A stretch of 64,000 bases of DNA from Trichoplax sp. H2 (lineage: Eukaryota), in NCBI GenBank assembly GCA_003344405.1, contig NOWV01000029.1, forward strand, positions 496,001-560,000, given 5' to 3'. The notes under the pieces were generated by a model. It was not told the DNA's origin, searched no databases, and saw nothing but the letters and a program-made list of their open reading frames with translations. The position numbers and the translations under genes are program-made. Positions 61,855 to 64,000 of the stretch are shown here, piece after piece; positions within the stretch are counted from its first letter, which is position 1, and each line of letters begins with the position of its first letter.

Positions 61855-62768
61855 AAGTGTTTTTGGTATTATTTATACCCAAACTTGAAATACTTGATGG
61901 AAGTGGTTGTAAAACCACATGGCCATTTTGACATACAATAATTTATGCAAAGCTTCTTATATGCTGTTAGTTTTACGCGAATGGAAACCTTGTCAAGTAT
62001 TATGATTTGCTGAGGAATGCAAATTTATCACTTTATGTATAGCGCCGTAATAGGTGCCCATACTATCTATGATGGTGGGATAACATCTATACTCTAGTCA
62101 TTTAATGAATACTTAGCACAAGCTACTGTACAGTCAATATGAGTATAATATCTTAAGATGGAATGCATATTGACATAGGTCGTGTGCCTATCTTGTTTAT
62201 AAAACGTATTAAAACTTTTCATTGGATATTCATCTTATTTAGACGATACAGTATGAATGTTGTGTCGTACCATTTCATAAAGCTTAATTAGATTCTTTGC
62301 ACACAAGATATTTTATTTGCCTGTGCACTTAGTAGCATGATTAAAATTTTATTGTTCAATAAATTTGTCAAGATTTACGCTTGTGACAACTTGGAGATTT
62401 CAATCTTGGATGCAGAATAGTGGCTGATATATAAAGCATGCTATCATTACTAAATCATTTCAAATACAGTACATCAGTATGAGCCAGCTTGGTTTTTCCT
62501 TCAACAGCTATGTATTGCTGTATACGTACTTGTATACAACTTGGTTATAAATCAAAATCGATTTTTTTAGGCATTTCAGAAATTGAAATTTGTGATTAAT
62601 TACGTTCGGGGGCGATACTTTTAGTTTTTAGTACTAGTAAATCCCTAACTTCAGGAATGGATCTTTGCTATCGTGATAAATTTTTCTATTTAGTAGTTTT
62701 TATTGAAAAAGCACCTTGGTCTTTGCAAGTTTGCGACAGGATTACAATACGTAAGGTACGAGTACGGT

Positions 62769-62803
62769 CAGGGACTTTTTAAGAAATCCTTAAAAAGTCC
62801 CTG
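62769..62803. mobile_element. 35-bp TIR-only mini-element / DNA-transposon remnant
   Basis: Perfect 15-bp inverted repeat CAGGGACTTTTTAAG / CTTAAAAAGTCCCTG with a 5-bp spacer, flanked by GTACGGT and GTACGGG (6/7 match, possible target-site duplication). Confidence 0.55.
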
Positions 62804-63460
62804 GTACGGGCATATTGACTGTAACGACTAGTGTGGAATGAAATAGCATGTTGGTTTCGGCAGTAATTTTTTTATTCCATGTTATATCTATAATTAATTT
62901 TAGAAATAACAAATAATCACCAGTCTACTTCATAAACAATTCTGTACCTGATCGAATTATTGTTCATCAGTTTTATAAAAAATCGTCAATTGCATCTTTG
63001 AAGTAGTTGTAATAGGACTCTACATAAGATAATTTAGCTTGAGACAAATTATTATCCTATTTAAGATAGTAATTTACCAATTCTCTATCATGTAGAAATG
63101 CTTCATTGTATTATAGTGACCGAATCAGTTCAATAAGTATTACTAGAATTAAACTATACCATACTAACAAGTTGCTATAGTAGTACAGTTCAGATACTGT
63201 ACAAGGCTGGTAGGAAGAATTCTAGATATAACGTAAAGATCTATTCTAGATTGTATCATAGTCCGATCATATTGATCGACTCAATAGCTACGAGGACAGC
63301 AATGTGTAATTAGATTATTACTGCGATCTTGTAACGAAAATTTGTAAGAGATCAAAGGTAAAGTAGTCGCAGCTATTCCAACCAATAGTGCCAGTGATTA
63401 AATCAGGCTATAACTCCATTTGATAAGTACTTATGTCAGTCGTTGATTATATTATTGGAA

Positions 63461-64000
63461 TTATTGTAGTTTACTAGCTGCGCCACGATCGAGAAACCAA
63501 ATATGTTCACCGTTGGTTAACTTTACTCTTGCAGATGGAAATGACTGATCGTTATCACAGATTATCTTTTTCAAGACATCAGCCTTTGCTTCGCCAGTAC
63601 ATACGAAAGCTACACTTTTTGCGGCATTAATAATGGGATAGGTTAAAGTGATTCTTTGCGGTGGTGGTTTAGGAGAATCCGAAATGAAGGAAACAAGTGA
63701 ACTTGTTTCTGTTAATAAAGAATGGCCTGGAAACAAAGAGCACGTATGACCATCGGGTCCCATACCAAGTAATAATAAATCGAGAGATGGAATGCTAACG
63801 CCTGGATAGAGTGAACGCAACTTCTTTTCGTAATCAGCTGCTGCTGCTTCTAGCGGTAAACTATAATCTAGAATAATTTCACCGCCAACTTGTGTAGGTA
63901 ATTTTCTACCAATATGCTGCTTGTATGCGTTATAGTTACTTTCTTTATCATCTAATGATACATAACGCTCATCACATAGCAATACCTGCCAGTGTCCATA
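63461..64000 (-). CDS. PGLS: 6-phosphogluconolactonase, 3' portion (5' end outside window)
   Basis: W...LCDERYV...D.ESNY...AA.DY...DLLLLGMGPDGHTCSLFPGH...DSPKPPPQRITLTYP.IN.A..V.F..TGE.KA...P.ARV....WFLD..AA; the frame stays open to the window edge. Confidence 0.96.
   Translation of the reverse strand, partial: YGHWQVLLCDERYVSLDDKESNYNAYKQHIGRKLPTQVGGEIILDYSLPLEAAAADYEKKLRSLYPGVSIPSLDLLLLGMGPDGHTCSLFPGHSLLTETSSLVSFISDSPKPPPQRITLTYPIINAAKSVAFVCTGEAKADVLKKIICDNDQSFPSARVKLTNGEHIWFLDRGAASKLQ

Overview
AT-rich eukaryotic genomic DNA with many short GT-AG introns and animal-type genes. The style fits an early-branching metazoan such as a placozoan (Trichoplax-like); this is an inference I cannot verify. 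Twelve genes were reconstructed by hand from splice sites: UPRT homolog (+), GFOD1/2-like (-), SIRT5 (-), CHTF8 (+), a secreted avidin-family protein (-), an intronless atypical rhodopsin-family GPCR (+), GAS8/DRC4 (+), LRRC69 (+), RAB5IF/OPTI (-), RABIF/MSS4 (+), a rhophilin (HR1-BRO1-PDZ) with a ~415-aa acidic tail (-) and ABHD4/5 (+). The 3' part of PGLS (-) lies at the right edge. No CRISPR, rRNA, tRNA or autonomous transposon was seen. Most notable observations: (1) a near-identical 19-bp CCAAT + RFX X-box element upstream of both GAS8 and LRRC69; (2) clusters of TACTGTAC/GTACAGTA sitting upstream of housekeeping genes, two of them next to nucleosome-sized tandem arrays; (3) the avidin-like protein with altered biotin-pocket residues and a polybasic tail; (4) apparent direct-repeat-collapse lesions that break GFOD and RAB5IF (real alleles or assembly errors); (5) GFOD-SIRT5 adjacency as in human; (6) a 35-bp TIR-only mini-element and a pre-miRNA-sized hairpin. 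Gene names come from my recall of conserved motifs, not database searches.
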